A stretch of 64,000 nucleotides of DNA from an uncultured Gammaproteobacteria bacterium (GTDB lineage Bacteria; Patescibacteriota; Patescibacteriia; Patescibacteriales; GWC2-42-12), in assembly GCA_964431805.1 (NCBI GenBank), contig CAYSKV010000003.1:53256-117255 (forward strand). Direction: 5' to 3'. The notes beneath the pieces are model-generated. The model was not told where the DNA came from. It saw only the letters and a list, made by a program, of their open reading frames with translations, and made no database searches. This document shows, in pieces, positions 18,766 through 27,998 of this stretch; the first letter of the stretch is position 1, and the number at the start of each line of letters is the position of its first letter. Made by a program: the position numbers and the translations under genes.

Positions 18766-19479
18766 ATGCCAGAAATAGAATCAAAAAATTCTAATATTCC
18801 CGTTCATGTCGGCCTTATTATGGATGGTAATCGGCGTTGGGCCAAAGAAAGAAATTTGCCAACTTTTGAAGGGCATTCTGTAGGTTATGAAAAAATGAAG
18901 AAGGCGCCGGGATGGTTTTTTTCTCGTGGCGTAAAAATTTTGTCATTTTTTGCTTTTTCCACAGAAAATTGGAATCGTCAGGCAGCCGAAGTAAATTATT
19001 TAATGAAATTGTTAGAAAAAGCAGTTGAAATAAATTTACTCGAGCTTGCTAAAAAGAATAATTATAAAATTTTAATCAGCGGACGCATAGAAGAATTACC
19101 TGGAGATTTGCCTAATAAATGTTTTAATATCATACAAGAAACAAAAAACAATAATGAAGGCATTATTAATATTTGTTTAAATTACGGCGGACGGGCTGAA
19201 ATAGTTGACGCGGTTCGTAAAATGATAAAAAATAAAGTTGAGCTAGAGCAGGTTCATGAAGGTATGATAAAAAAATATTTATATCAAACTGATTTATCCG
19301 ATCCGGATATAATCGTAAGAACTTCAGGTGAAGAAAGGCTATCAGGATTTTTAACTTGGCAATCGGCTTATAGCGAATTATTTTTTATGAAAAAATATTG
19401 GCCAGATTTTGAGGAGTTGGATGTTGATGTTATTTTAAGGGAATACGCGGAAAGAAAAAGAAGATTTGGTCTAGATTAA
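18766..19479 (+). CDS. uppS: undecaprenyl diphosphate synthase (isoprenyl transferase)
   Basis: HVGLIMDGNRRWA signature motif of cis-prenyltransferases. Confidence 0.9.
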   Translation: MPEIESKNSNIPVHVGLIMDGNRRWAKERNLPTFEGHSVGYEKMKKAPGWFFSRGVKILSFFAFSTENWNRQAAEVNYLMKLLEKAVEINLLELAKKNNYKILISGRIEELPGDLPNKCFNIIQETKNNNEGIINICLNYGGRAEIVDAVRKMIKNKVELEQVHEGMIKKYLYQTDLSDPDIIVRTSGEERLSGFLTWQSAYSELFFMKKYWPDFEELDVDVILREYAERKRRFGLD

Positions 19480-19499
19480 AATATTTAAATATTTAATTT

Positions 19500-19529
19500 A
19501 TCCCTCTTATTTTTAAGAGGGATTTTTTA
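19500..19529 (+). terminator. rho-independent terminator (tccctctt-atttt-aagaggga + T6)
   Basis: 8-bp stem plus T-run immediately after uppS. Confidence 0.6.
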
Positions 19530-19573
19530 TTAGTTAAATTGAATAATTCTTATTATTTTGCTAAACTGCTGGC

Positions 19574-20782
19574 ATGAATAAAGAGACAAAAAACACACCT
19601 TTAGCCGATCGGATAAGGCCGCAAACCTTAGAGGAATTTTTAGGGCAAGACGAGATTATCGGGCAGGGAAAAATGCTAAGGCAAGCCATAGAATCGGATA
19701 AGGCGCCGTCTATGATTTTTTGGGGACCGCCTGGATCTGGGAAAACCACTTTAGCTCATATCGTTGCTAAAAATACTAAAGCGGAATTTATAAGATTTAG
19801 CGCGGTAACGAGCGGTGTTAAAGATTTAAAGGAGGTAATTAAAAAAGCCAGAGAGAATGTTATCGAAGATAAAAAAACTATTTTATTCATTGACGAAATT
19901 CATCGTTGGAATAAAGCGCAACAAGATGCGTTATTACCCCATGTTGAGCGCGGCACAATTATTTTAATTGGCGCCACCACGGAAAATCCTAGCTTTGAAG
20001 TTCGCGGCGCTTTATTATCAAGGTGTCGTGTTTTTGTTTTAAAACAGTTAACCGCTGAGCAAATTGTAGAAATTATTAAAAGGGCTTTAACTGATAAAAT
20101 TAAAGGGTTAGGCGAGTTAGCTATAAAAATAAATGACGAGACTATAAATTTATTAGCGCAGATGTCTAATGGCGACGCGCGAACGGCGTTGAACGTTTTA
20201 GAATATGCCGCCGCTATAAGTAAAAATATTTCTAGTGAAGTTATAAAAGAAGCTTTTCAAAAATCATATTTACTTTACGATAAAGACGGCGAAGAACATT
20301 ACAATATAATTTCGGCTTTACATAAGTCTTTACGCGGTTCGGACGCGAACGCGGCTTTATATTGGTTAGCAAGAATGCTTGAAGCCGGTGAAGATCCGCT
20401 TTATATTGCTCGGCGCTTAGTGCGTTTTGCTTCTGAAGATGTCGGTTTAGCTAACTCGCGCGCTTTAGAACAAGCCGTGGCCGCTTATCAAGCTTGTCAT
20501 TTTATTGGTATGCCGGAATGCAATGTGATTTTAGCGCAAGTTGTAGTTTATTTAGCTAAGTGCGAAAAATCTAATGAATTATACACGGCTTATAATCAAG
20601 CTGCGGCTGATGTAAGTGAGTTAGGCAATTTGCCTGTGCCTTTACATATTAGAAATGCCCCGACAAAATTAATGAAAGATTTGGGGTATGGTAAAGATTA
20701 TAAATATTCGCCGAATTTTAATTATAAAGAAAAGCAGGAATATTTACCGGATAAATTAAAAGGAAAAAAATATATAAAATAA
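19574..20782 (+). CDS. rarA: replication-associated recombination protein A (AAA+ ATPase RarA/MgsA)
   Basis: WGPPGSGKTTLA Walker A and DEIHR Walker B. Typical RarA length and C-terminal region. Confidence 0.9.
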   Translation: MNKETKNTPLADRIRPQTLEEFLGQDEIIGQGKMLRQAIESDKAPSMIFWGPPGSGKTTLAHIVAKNTKAEFIRFSAVTSGVKDLKEVIKKARENVIEDKKTILFIDEIHRWNKAQQDALLPHVERGTIILIGATTENPSFEVRGALLSRCRVFVLKQLTAEQIVEIIKRALTDKIKGLGELAIKINDETINLLAQMSNGDARTALNVLEYAAAISKNISSEVIKEAFQKSYLLYDKDGEEHYNIISALHKSLRGSDANAALYWLARMLEAGEDPLYIARRLVRFASEDVGLANSRALEQAVAAYQACHFIGMPECNVILAQVVVYLAKCEKSNELYTAYNQAAADVSELGNLPVPLHIRNAPTKLMKDLGYGKDYKYSPNFNYKEKQEYLPDKLKGKKYIK

Positions 20783-20787
20783 AAATT

Positions 20788-21918
20788 ATGGATTATTCAA
20801 AACAATCAATCGCTTTACATAAAAAATACCGAGGCAAAATTGAAATAAAATCCAAGGTTAAACTGAGAAATAAAAATGATTTGTCGTTAGCTTATACTCC
20901 TGGTGTGGCCGCGGCATCTTCGGCTATCGGTAAAGATAAAAAATTATCATGGCAGCTTACTAATCGCGCTAATCAAGTGGCAATAGTTTGCGATGGTACG
21001 GCGATTCTGGGCTTAGGCAATTTAGGCGCCGAAGCCGCTATGCCTGTTATGGAAGGTAAGTCAGCAATTTTTAAAAAGTTCGCTGGCGTTGACGCTATAC
21101 CGCTTTGCATTAACACTACGGATACTGAAGAGATTATTAATTTTTGTAAACAAATCGAACCGAGTTTTGGCGGTATAAATTTAGAAGATATTTCAGCTCC
21201 AAGATGTTTTGAAATTTTAGAACGGCTCGAAAAAGAATTATCTATTCCGGTTTTTCATGATGATCAGGACGGTACGGCTATTGTGGTTTTAGCCGTTTTA
21301 ATAAATGTTTGTAAAGTAATGAATAGAGCTTTAAAAAATTTGAAAATTGTAATAAACGGAGCGGGCGCCGCCGGCATCGCTATCGCTAGATTAATTATGG
21401 TCGCGGGAGCCGGAGATTTAATTTTATTAGATAGCCAAGGAATAATTTATAGCGGTCGTAAAGACTTAAATTCAATTAAACGCGCGATTTCGCTAAAAAC
21501 TAACATGAAAAAAATAAAAGGCGGTTTAGCGGAAGCTATGGTCGGAACAGATGTTTTTATCGGAGTTTCAAAAGGAAATTTAGTTACTTCGGAAATGATA
21601 AAAAGTATGAATGTGAAGCCGATTATTTTTGCTATGGCAAATCCAACACCAGAGATTATGCCAGACTTAGCGATGAAGGCCGGCGCTGGTTTAGTCGGTA
21701 CCGGTCGGTCGGATTTTCCTAATCAGATTAATAATGCTTTAGTTTTTCCTGGTATTTTTCGTGGGTTATTGGATAATAAAGTTAAGCAAGTAACGACTAA
21801 AATAAAAATTAAAGCTGCCATGGCTTTAGCTAACGTTGTTAAGCCGAATAAAAAACAGCTACTGCCGTTAGTTACTGACAAAAGGGTAGTTAAGGCGATA
21901 GCGAAAGCAGTAAAATAA
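20788..21918 (+). CDS. NAD(P)-dependent malic enzyme (short form)
   Basis: LSLAYTPGVA and VCDGTAILGLGNLG malic enzyme motifs, plus an NAD-binding GAGAAG motif. Confidence 0.85.
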   Translation: MDYSKQSIALHKKYRGKIEIKSKVKLRNKNDLSLAYTPGVAAASSAIGKDKKLSWQLTNRANQVAIVCDGTAILGLGNLGAEAAMPVMEGKSAIFKKFAGVDAIPLCINTTDTEEIINFCKQIEPSFGGINLEDISAPRCFEILERLEKELSIPVFHDDQDGTAIVVLAVLINVCKVMNRALKNLKIVINGAGAAGIAIARLIMVAGAGDLILLDSQGIIYSGRKDLNSIKRAISLKTNMKKIKGGLAEAMVGTDVFIGVSKGNLVTSEMIKSMNVKPIIFAMANPTPEIMPDLAMKAGAGLVGTGRSDFPNQINNALVFPGIFRGLLDNKVKQVTTKIKIKAAMALANVVKPNKKQLLPLVTDKRVVKAIAKAVK

Positions 21919-21923
21919 AAATT

Positions 21924-22466
21924 ATGGTGAATAAACCAAAATTATTGCTCCAGATTTGCTGCGTTGGTTGCGGAGTTTATGTAAGCCAAATATTAAAACA
22001 GGATTATGACGTGATACTGTTTTTTTATAATCCTAACATTTGGCCTAAAGAAGAATATGAAAAAAGAATAATTGAGGCGGAAAAAATTTCTAAACAATTT
22101 AATTTTCAATTGATAAAAGGCAAATACGAACATGACAAATGGTTAGAAGCGGTGCGCGGGCGCGAAGCTGATCCGGAAAAAGGCGAACGCTGTTTAATCT
22201 GTTATGAGTTTAGGTTGCAAGAGGCTATAGCCATGGCTAAAAAATTAAACTGCGATTATTTAACAACCACTTTAACCACCAGTCCGCATAAAAATGCCTT
22301 GGCGATTAATGAAATCGGGCAAAAATTAGCCGCTGAAAATGATCTAAAATTTTTAAGCCAGGATTTTAAAAAACAGGATGGTTTTAAAAAGTCAGCCGCG
22401 TTAGCGAGAGAGTTAAATTTGTACCGCCAAAATTATTGCGGTTGTGAATTTTCATTTAGAAAATAA
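21924..22466 (+). CDS. queH: epoxyqueuosine reductase QueH (DUF208)
   Basis: 180 aa with a conserved Cys pattern (ICCVGCG ... CLICYEFR ... YCGCEFS) typical of QueH. Confidence 0.65.
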   Translation: MVNKPKLLLQICCVGCGVYVSQILKQDYDVILFFYNPNIWPKEEYEKRIIEAEKISKQFNFQLIKGKYEHDKWLEAVRGREADPEKGERCLICYEFRLQEAIAMAKKLNCDYLTTTLTTSPHKNALAINEIGQKLAAENDLKFLSQDFKKQDGFKKSAALARELNLYRQNYCGCEFSFRK

Positions 22467-22515
22467 GGTTTTGCTACAGTTGAAAAATATCAGCTTTTAA
22501 TGTTATAATCATCTC

Positions 22516-23559
22516 ATGGATATTTCTTCTTATTTCAAACAAGCGATTGAGCAAAAAGCTTCTGATTTGCATTTGGCGGCCGGTAGTATTCCGGCTTTGC
22601 GTATCAGCGGTGAGCTAATTAAACTAAATCACGATATTGTAAAAAATGAAGATTTAGAGCAGGCGATCATTTCTTTTATTGATAAAAAAACCATGGAAAA
22701 ATTCGCTCGACATCGCGAATTAGATTTTTCCCAGGATTTTTTTGGTTCTCGTTTTAGGGTTAATTTGCATTATCAAGAAGGAAAAATCGGTTTAACCGCT
22801 AGGTTAATACCAAAAGATGTGCCTGAACCAAGTGAGTTAATGTTTGATGAAGTGGTTTATAAACTTACACATCTAAAAGACGGGTTAATTTTAGTTACTG
22901 GTCCATCAGGCTCTGGCAAATCCACGACTTTGGCTTGCATGGTTAATATTATAAATAAAGAGCGACGAGCTCATATTATTACTATTGAAGATCCAATTGA
23001 ATATTTATTTACCGAAGAGCAGAGTATTATTGAACAGCGTGAGTTGGGCCATGATACTGAGAGCTATGCTTCTGCTTTAAAATATTCTTTACGGCAGGAT
23101 CCTAATATTATTATGTTAGGAGAAATGAGAGATCAGGAAACTATCGCTGCCGCTTTGACTGCGGTTGAAACGGGCCATTTAGTTTTTTCCACTTTGCATA
23201 CTTCGACTGCCTCCGAAACTATTAGTCGCATTGTTGATGTTTTCCCGGCTCATCAGCAGCAGCAGATTTTAAATCAATTAGCATCAACTTTACGCGCGGT
23301 CGTTGCCCAGCAATTAATACCAAAAATCGGTGGCGGTCGCGTAGTGGCGCGTGAAATTTTAATTAATAATTCCGCCATTGCGAATTTAATCAGACGAGGG
23401 CAAATCGGTCAGATTTATTCGGCTATTCAGACTAGTCGCAAAGACGGTATGGTTACTATGAATAAATCAATTGATGAATTATTAAAGCAAGGATTGATTA
23501 ATGAAGATGTGGCGCGCAACCGCAAAAGAGATTTAGAAACCCAAGCTTCTTATTATTAA
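22516..23559 (+). CDS. pilT: type IV pilus retraction ATPase PilT
   Basis: GPSGSGKSTT Walker A. The ITIEDPIEY and GEMRD motifs are characteristic of PilT/PilU. Confidence 0.85.
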   Translation: MDISSYFKQAIEQKASDLHLAAGSIPALRISGELIKLNHDIVKNEDLEQAIISFIDKKTMEKFARHRELDFSQDFFGSRFRVNLHYQEGKIGLTARLIPKDVPEPSELMFDEVVYKLTHLKDGLILVTGPSGSGKSTTLACMVNIINKERRAHIITIEDPIEYLFTEEQSIIEQRELGHDTESYASALKYSLRQDPNIIMLGEMRDQETIAAALTAVETGHLVFSTLHTSTASETISRIVDVFPAHQQQQILNQLASTLRAVVAQQLIPKIGGGRVVAREILINNSAIANLIRRGQIGQIYSAIQTSRKDGMVTMNKSIDELLKQGLINEDVARNRKRDLETQASYY

Positions 23560-23560
23560 A

Positions 23561-23690
23561 TCTTTGAAATTTTTTAGAAAAAGTTTTCAATACTTTCCCC
23601 GCTTAAGCGGGATAAACAAAAAATATAACGTATCAAGTTAAAATTTAATAGCGAGTAGAACTCTACGGCCATTAAATTTTAACTTGATAA
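23561..23690 (+). promoter_or_regulatory. intergenic repeat module copy 1 (AT palindrome, CCCCG-hairpin, TATAAC box, 5' hairpin tatcaag...cttgata)
   Basis: Shares the ordered sub-elements with the copies at 24036-24190, 25417-25559 and 55502-55615. Ends 8 nt before the ATG at 23699. Confidence 0.55.
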
Positions 23691-23698
23691 ATACATTT

Positions 23699-24028
23699 AT
23701 GCAATTGGAAAAATGGCAAGAAATAATCGGCAACATTAAAGATAATTTTAAAGTTGAAGAAAGTGGAAACGAGCATCTTGAAGATGAAGGCGGCGTCGAT
23801 GTTGAATACATAGTTTTCGATGGTCCTCTAGGCAAAATGAGATTGGAGTTTGTTTCTAAACCGGTAATTCTTGATAAAAAAACTAAATATTCAAATCGCA
23901 TCGGCTCAGAAACTGTAGTTGATTATATTTATAGTAAAGAAGAAAAAACGCATAAATTAAAAGCTTATAAATGGGATGAAGCTTTAAATGATTGGGTTGA
24001 AATGGATGCTAAAAATTTTGGACTTTAG
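23699..24028 (+). CDS. hypothetical acidic cytoplasmic protein
   Basis: The ATG at 23699 follows the repeat module. The track start at 23684 (TTG) would run into the module. Confidence 0.4.
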   Translation: MQLEKWQEIIGNIKDNFKVEESGNEHLEDEGGVDVEYIVFDGPLGKMRLEFVSKPVILDKKTKYSNRIGSETVVDYIYSKEEKTHKLKAYKWDEALNDWVEMDAKNFGL

Positions 24029-24035
24029 AAATCCT

Positions 24036-24190
24036 TAAAAACTTTTTTAGAAAAAGTTTTTAATATTTTCAAAAAATATAATGTATCAAATAAAAATTTT
24101 ATAGCGGGCAAAGCCCTGCGGCCATAAAATTTTAATTTGATGATTTATAATAATAAAAATAATATTTCCCCGACGAGCGGGATAAAAAAA
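24036..24190 (+). promoter_or_regulatory. intergenic repeat module copy 2 (rearranged order: palindrome, TATAAT, long hairpin, CCCCG-hairpin)
   Basis: aaaaacttttttagaaaaagttttt palindrome, TATAAT, tatcaaataaaaatttta...taaaattttaatttgat hairpin with GCGGGC-aaa-GCCC(t)GC cap, then tttccccgacgagcgggataaa. Confidence 0.55.
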
Positions 24191-24194
24191 TAAT

Positions 24195-24608
24195 ATGAAA
24201 AAAAATGAAAAGATTTTAATTTCTCTTTTAATAATTCTATTTTTTTTAGTTTTATATTTAATTCTTACCTCGGAATCTGTTAAGCAAATAAATAATTCCA
24301 GCCAACAAGTTAAAAAAGACAATTCAATTGCGCTGGAGAATGATTATAAGCCAAAAGCCAAGGAGATTTTTGTTGATTACGAAAATTTGATTAAAAATAG
24401 TAGCTTTACCAAAGAGAATATTGAGAGTCTCAAAAATAAGTTATTAGATTTAAAAGTGCCAGCTAAATTTAAAGAATTACACGTTCAGCTATTTTTAGCT
24501 TTGACTAAAATGGAAAATTATTTAGATCAAAAAAATGAACAGGATAAAAGCGATAGTCTTCAGACAGTTAATCAATTAAAAGCTAATTATAGTTGGTTAA
24601 ACGGCTAG
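24195..24608 (+). CDS. hypothetical secreted or membrane-anchored protein
   Basis: N-terminal hydrophobic segment, then a polar domain. 137 aa. Confidence 0.4.
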   Translation: MKKNEKILISLLIILFFLVLYLILTSESVKQINNSSQQVKKDNSIALENDYKPKAKEIFVDYENLIKNSSFTKENIESLKNKLLDLKVPAKFKELHVQLFLALTKMENYLDQKNEQDKSDSLQTVNQLKANYSWLNG

Positions 24609-24648
24609 ACCATTAAATTTCAATTTGATAATTTAATAAAAAATTCGC

Positions 24649-25410
24649 ATGAAATTAAATCGTTTTTTACCTTTATTCATACCTTTATTAGTTTATGCTT
24701 TGGATCAGATGTATTTTTTTTCTCCCAAACTTATTTATGTAGTAGCTGTTTTAATGAATTTGTTGTTGTTTTTCGTGGTTTGGCAATTTTGTAAAGCTAG
24801 CCAAATTGATAAAGAGTGGTGGAATTATTTAATATTGCCAGCCATTATGTCTACGGCCGTTATAGCTTATTCAGTTTTTTTAAGTTATAAATTAGTCATT
24901 CAATTATTATTTGCCTTAAATCTAGTATTTTTGTATTTTTATTTGCGTTACATTTATTATTACCTTTTAAGTCCAGCCGCCTACGAAATTTTTAGCATAG
25001 AAAATATTTCTTCTTACGTAAGTTGGCTTAGTTTTTTTCTTCTTTCGGCCGTTGTTTATGGCTTGCAATCATTTTTAAATTTACCAATTTTTTATTTAGC
25101 ATTAATTATGTTGGCGGTGGCGGTTTTGATTATTCATCAGATTGTTTGGGTAAATAAAATTGAATTTAAGAAAGGCTTGCCATATATTTTAATTAGCTGT
25201 TTTATTTTAATTGAATTGTGTTGGTCAATTTCCTTTTTGCCATTTAATTACAATATTTCCGGGCTTTGCTTGGCAATCTGTTTTTATACTATCATCGGGC
25301 TTGTTAAAAATCATCTACTTGACAAATTGGACGCGGTTAAGGTAAGAATGTATTTAATACTGGGGTCGGTAAGTTTATTTTTAATATTATTTACTGCTAG
25401 ATGGATTTAA
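24649..25410 (+). CDS. hypothetical polytopic membrane protein
   Basis: 253 aa with 7-8 hydrophobic helices. Preceded by a half-copy of the repeat module (24608-24630). Confidence 0.4.
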   Translation: MKLNRFLPLFIPLLVYALDQMYFFSPKLIYVVAVLMNLLLFFVVWQFCKASQIDKEWWNYLILPAIMSTAVIAYSVFLSYKLVIQLLFALNLVFLYFYLRYIYYYLLSPAAYEIFSIENISSYVSWLSFFLLSAVVYGLQSFLNLPIFYLALIMLAVAVLIIHQIVWVNKIEFKKGLPYILISCFILIELCWSISFLPFNYNISGLCLAICFYTIIGLVKNHLLDKLDAVKVRMYLILGSVSLFLILFTARWI

Positions 25411-25416
25411 TTAATC

Positions 25417-25559
25417 TTTAAAAACTTTTTCAAAAAAAGTTTTCCCCTAAAGGGATAAATAATATTTTCCCCGACGAGCGGGATAAACAAAAAATATAAT
25501 GTATCAAATAAAATTTTATAGCGAGCGAAGCTCTACGGCCATAAAATTTTTATTAGATA
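25417..25559 (+). promoter_or_regulatory. intergenic repeat module copy 3 (palindrome, two CCCC-hairpins, TATAAT, 5' hairpin)
   Basis: Same order as copy 1. Hairpin cap GAGC-gaa-GCTC shows compensatory changes relative to GGGC-aaa-GCCC in copies 2 and 4. Confidence 0.55.
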
Positions 25560-25576
25560 TTAATAATAAAATAATT

Positions 25577-26731
25577 ATGAAATATATAAAGGATTTTTTT
25601 AAAAAACATAAATTAGTTACTTTAATAATAGGATTTTTAATTTTAGGTTTTGCTGGCGGCGTGGCCGGCAGCATTATCGCTAAATCTTATTTTATTGACG
25701 CACAATATAATTTTTCTTCATTAAGCAATTTGGATTTTTCTCAGGGTAAATTTAAGGATCAGGGTATAGTAATTAGTAACCCTAAAAATGTTATTGTCCA
25801 ACAAGATGTAAAAATAGAGGAAACAATTAATTCGGTTGACGATAGTTTAGTTGGTATTTATAAAAAACAAAAAATTGTTAAGTCAAATAACGTTTTTTCT
25901 TTAGATAATTTTTATAAAATCAATGATGCGGCTGGCCAGGGTTTTATTATAACTTCTGATGGTTGGATAATAACCACTTTAATTTTAGATAAAACTTATG
26001 CTGATTATGTGGTTATTACAAAAGATAAAAAAATATATCTAATTGATAAAGCTATTAGCGATGCTATAACTGGTTTTAATTTTATTCATGTCGCCGCCAG
26101 AGATTTTCCGGTTAGAAAATTTGCTGAAAGTCAGGATATAAAGGTAGGCAATTCAACCGTTAGTGTAAATTGGCCTGGGTTAAGTTGGATTTCTTCAGTT
26201 GTTGGATTTAAAGAAAAAAATGATCAAGTAAAATCAAGCGATAGTTTTTCTGCTAAGTTAATTTTAAATAGCGATGTGCCTATAGCATTCAAGGGTTCAA
26301 TAGTTTTTAATCTAGCTGGAGATGCTCTAGGTTTAATTGATGGGAAGGGCGAGATTGAACCGATGGCGCATTTAGCAACAGTAGTTGATAGTTTGTTTAA
26401 AAATAAAACTATTAAAAGGCCAAGTCTAGGCATTAATTATATAGATTTATCGTCTCTCGTATCCATAGATGAACAAAATAATAGCTGGCAGAAAGGCGCG
26501 GTTATTTATAAAGATCAAAAAAGTGTGGCGGTTAAAAAGGGTAGTTCTGCCGAAAAAGCTGGTTTAAAAGAAGGTGATATTATAATTTCAGTTGGCAGCA
26601 TAAAACTCGATGAAATAAATGATTTGGCTGATCTTATACAGAGTTACTCTGCCGGCGATAAGATTAATTTAACAATTATACGCGGTGGCGTTGAAAAAGA
26701 AGTTGAAGCTATTTTAGGCGAACAGAAATAG
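25577..26731 (+). CDS. HtrA-like protein with C-terminal PDZ domain, probably catalytically degenerate
   Basis: PDZ-like GLKEGDIIISVGSIKL at the C-terminus. Trypsin-like region present, but the canonical GNSGGP serine motif is replaced (KGSIVFNLAGDALG). Start set at the ATG after the repeat module. Confidence 0.5.
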   Translation: MKYIKDFFKKHKLVTLIIGFLILGFAGGVAGSIIAKSYFIDAQYNFSSLSNLDFSQGKFKDQGIVISNPKNVIVQQDVKIEETINSVDDSLVGIYKKQKIVKSNNVFSLDNFYKINDAAGQGFIITSDGWIITTLILDKTYADYVVITKDKKIYLIDKAISDAITGFNFIHVAARDFPVRKFAESQDIKVGNSTVSVNWPGLSWISSVVGFKEKNDQVKSSDSFSAKLILNSDVPIAFKGSIVFNLAGDALGLIDGKGEIEPMAHLATVVDSLFKNKTIKRPSLGINYIDLSSLVSIDEQNNSWQKGAVIYKDQKSVAVKKGSSAEKAGLKEGDIIISVGSIKLDEINDLADLIQSYSAGDKINLTIIRGGVEKEVEAILGEQK

Positions 26732-26826
26732 AAAAATTATAAAAAAGCAATAAATTATAACCTGTTTAGCGTTAGCTAGGCAGGTTTTTATTTTAAGTAA
26801 TTTATGTTATAATATTAACAAGCTTT

Positions 26827-27981
26827 ATGAAAATAAAATCTATTAGAAATATTAAAAAATTAGCTGGTCAAATTGTATTATTGCGAGCTGATTTAAATGT
26901 ACCGATAAAAAACGGTCGGATTAAAAGTGATTATAAAATCGTAGCAACTTTACCTACTATTCGTTATTTATTAAGGCATAATTCAAAGATAGTTGTTACC
27001 ACTCACGTAGATAAAGGCAATAAAGCTGAACCAATAGCTAAAAGATTAGCCCAGCTTTTAGACAAAAGAATATTATTTGTTAATGATTGTGTTGGCGATA
27101 AAGTCGCTTTAGCGGTTAAAAAAATGGAAAATAAAGATATAATTTTTTTGGAAAATTTACGCTTTAACCCAGGCGAAGAAAAAAATGATAAAAAATTTGC
27201 CAAAGCTTTGGCTGGGTTTGCTGATATTTACGTAAATGATTCTTTTGGAGTTAATCATCGCAATCATGCTTCGCTTGCCGCTATTAAAAAGTATTTGCCC
27301 GCGTTTGCCGGGTTGCTTTTAGAAAAAGAAATTTTAAATTTAAATAAAATTTTAGAACCAAAACAGCCCATGATTTCTATAATTGGCGGAGCTAAAATTG
27401 GGACTAAAATTTCCTTAATAAAAAAATTAGCCAAAAAGTCTTATCGCGTTTTAATCGGCGGAGCCTTAGCTAATAATTTTATTTCTGCCCATGGTTTTAA
27501 AATTGGTAAATCGATGGCCGATAAGGCCAGTATAAAAATAGCGAGCGAACTAGCTAAAAAATATAAAAATATTGTTTTACCGATTGACGTTATAACCGCT
27601 AAAAAAATTAATAGTAAAAATATAGAAGTTAAGCCAGTTAATCAAGTTAAAAAAGATGATATTATTCTTGATATCGGGCCGCGGACGATTAAACTTTTTG
27701 TTAATTTTATTAGGCATGCTAATACCATAATTTGGAATGGACCAATGGGGTATTTTGAAAATGAACATTTTAAGCATGGCACATTATCTATAGCGCGATT
27801 TGTTGCTGCTCGATCTACCGGTCAAGCTTTTGGAGCGGTCGGCGGCGGAGAAACTATAGAAGCTTTAAAAATGACTAAAATGGAAGATTATATTGATTGG
27901 GTTTCGACTGGCGGAGGAGCGATGCTGACTTATTTAGGCGGAGAGCTAATGCCTGGGTTAAAAGGCATAGTAAAATATTAA
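26827..27981 (+). CDS. pgk: phosphoglycerate kinase
   Basis: LLRADLNVP N-terminal motif, a GGA...AN..F hinge, and typical PGK length. Confidence 0.9.
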   Translation: MKIKSIRNIKKLAGQIVLLRADLNVPIKNGRIKSDYKIVATLPTIRYLLRHNSKIVVTTHVDKGNKAEPIAKRLAQLLDKRILFVNDCVGDKVALAVKKMENKDIIFLENLRFNPGEEKNDKKFAKALAGFADIYVNDSFGVNHRNHASLAAIKKYLPAFAGLLLEKEILNLNKILEPKQPMISIIGGAKIGTKISLIKKLAKKSYRVLIGGALANNFISAHGFKIGKSMADKASIKIASELAKKYKNIVLPIDVITAKKINSKNIEVKPVNQVKKDDIILDIGPRTIKLFVNFIRHANTIIWNGPMGYFENEHFKHGTLSIARFVAARSTGQAFGAVGGGETIEALKMTKMEDYIDWVSTGGGAMLTYLGGELMPGLKGIVKY

Positions 27982-27998
27982 TTAATAAATATAAATTT

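Noticed and set aside
23684-23698. Upstream extensions of ORF starts (23684, 25499, 27897, 30663, 53190, 55610) given by the ORF track
   Set aside because: The extensions are TTG or out-of-context starts that run through the repeat modules or into upstream genes. Downstream in-frame ATGs give sensible N-termini (signal peptides, TM helices).
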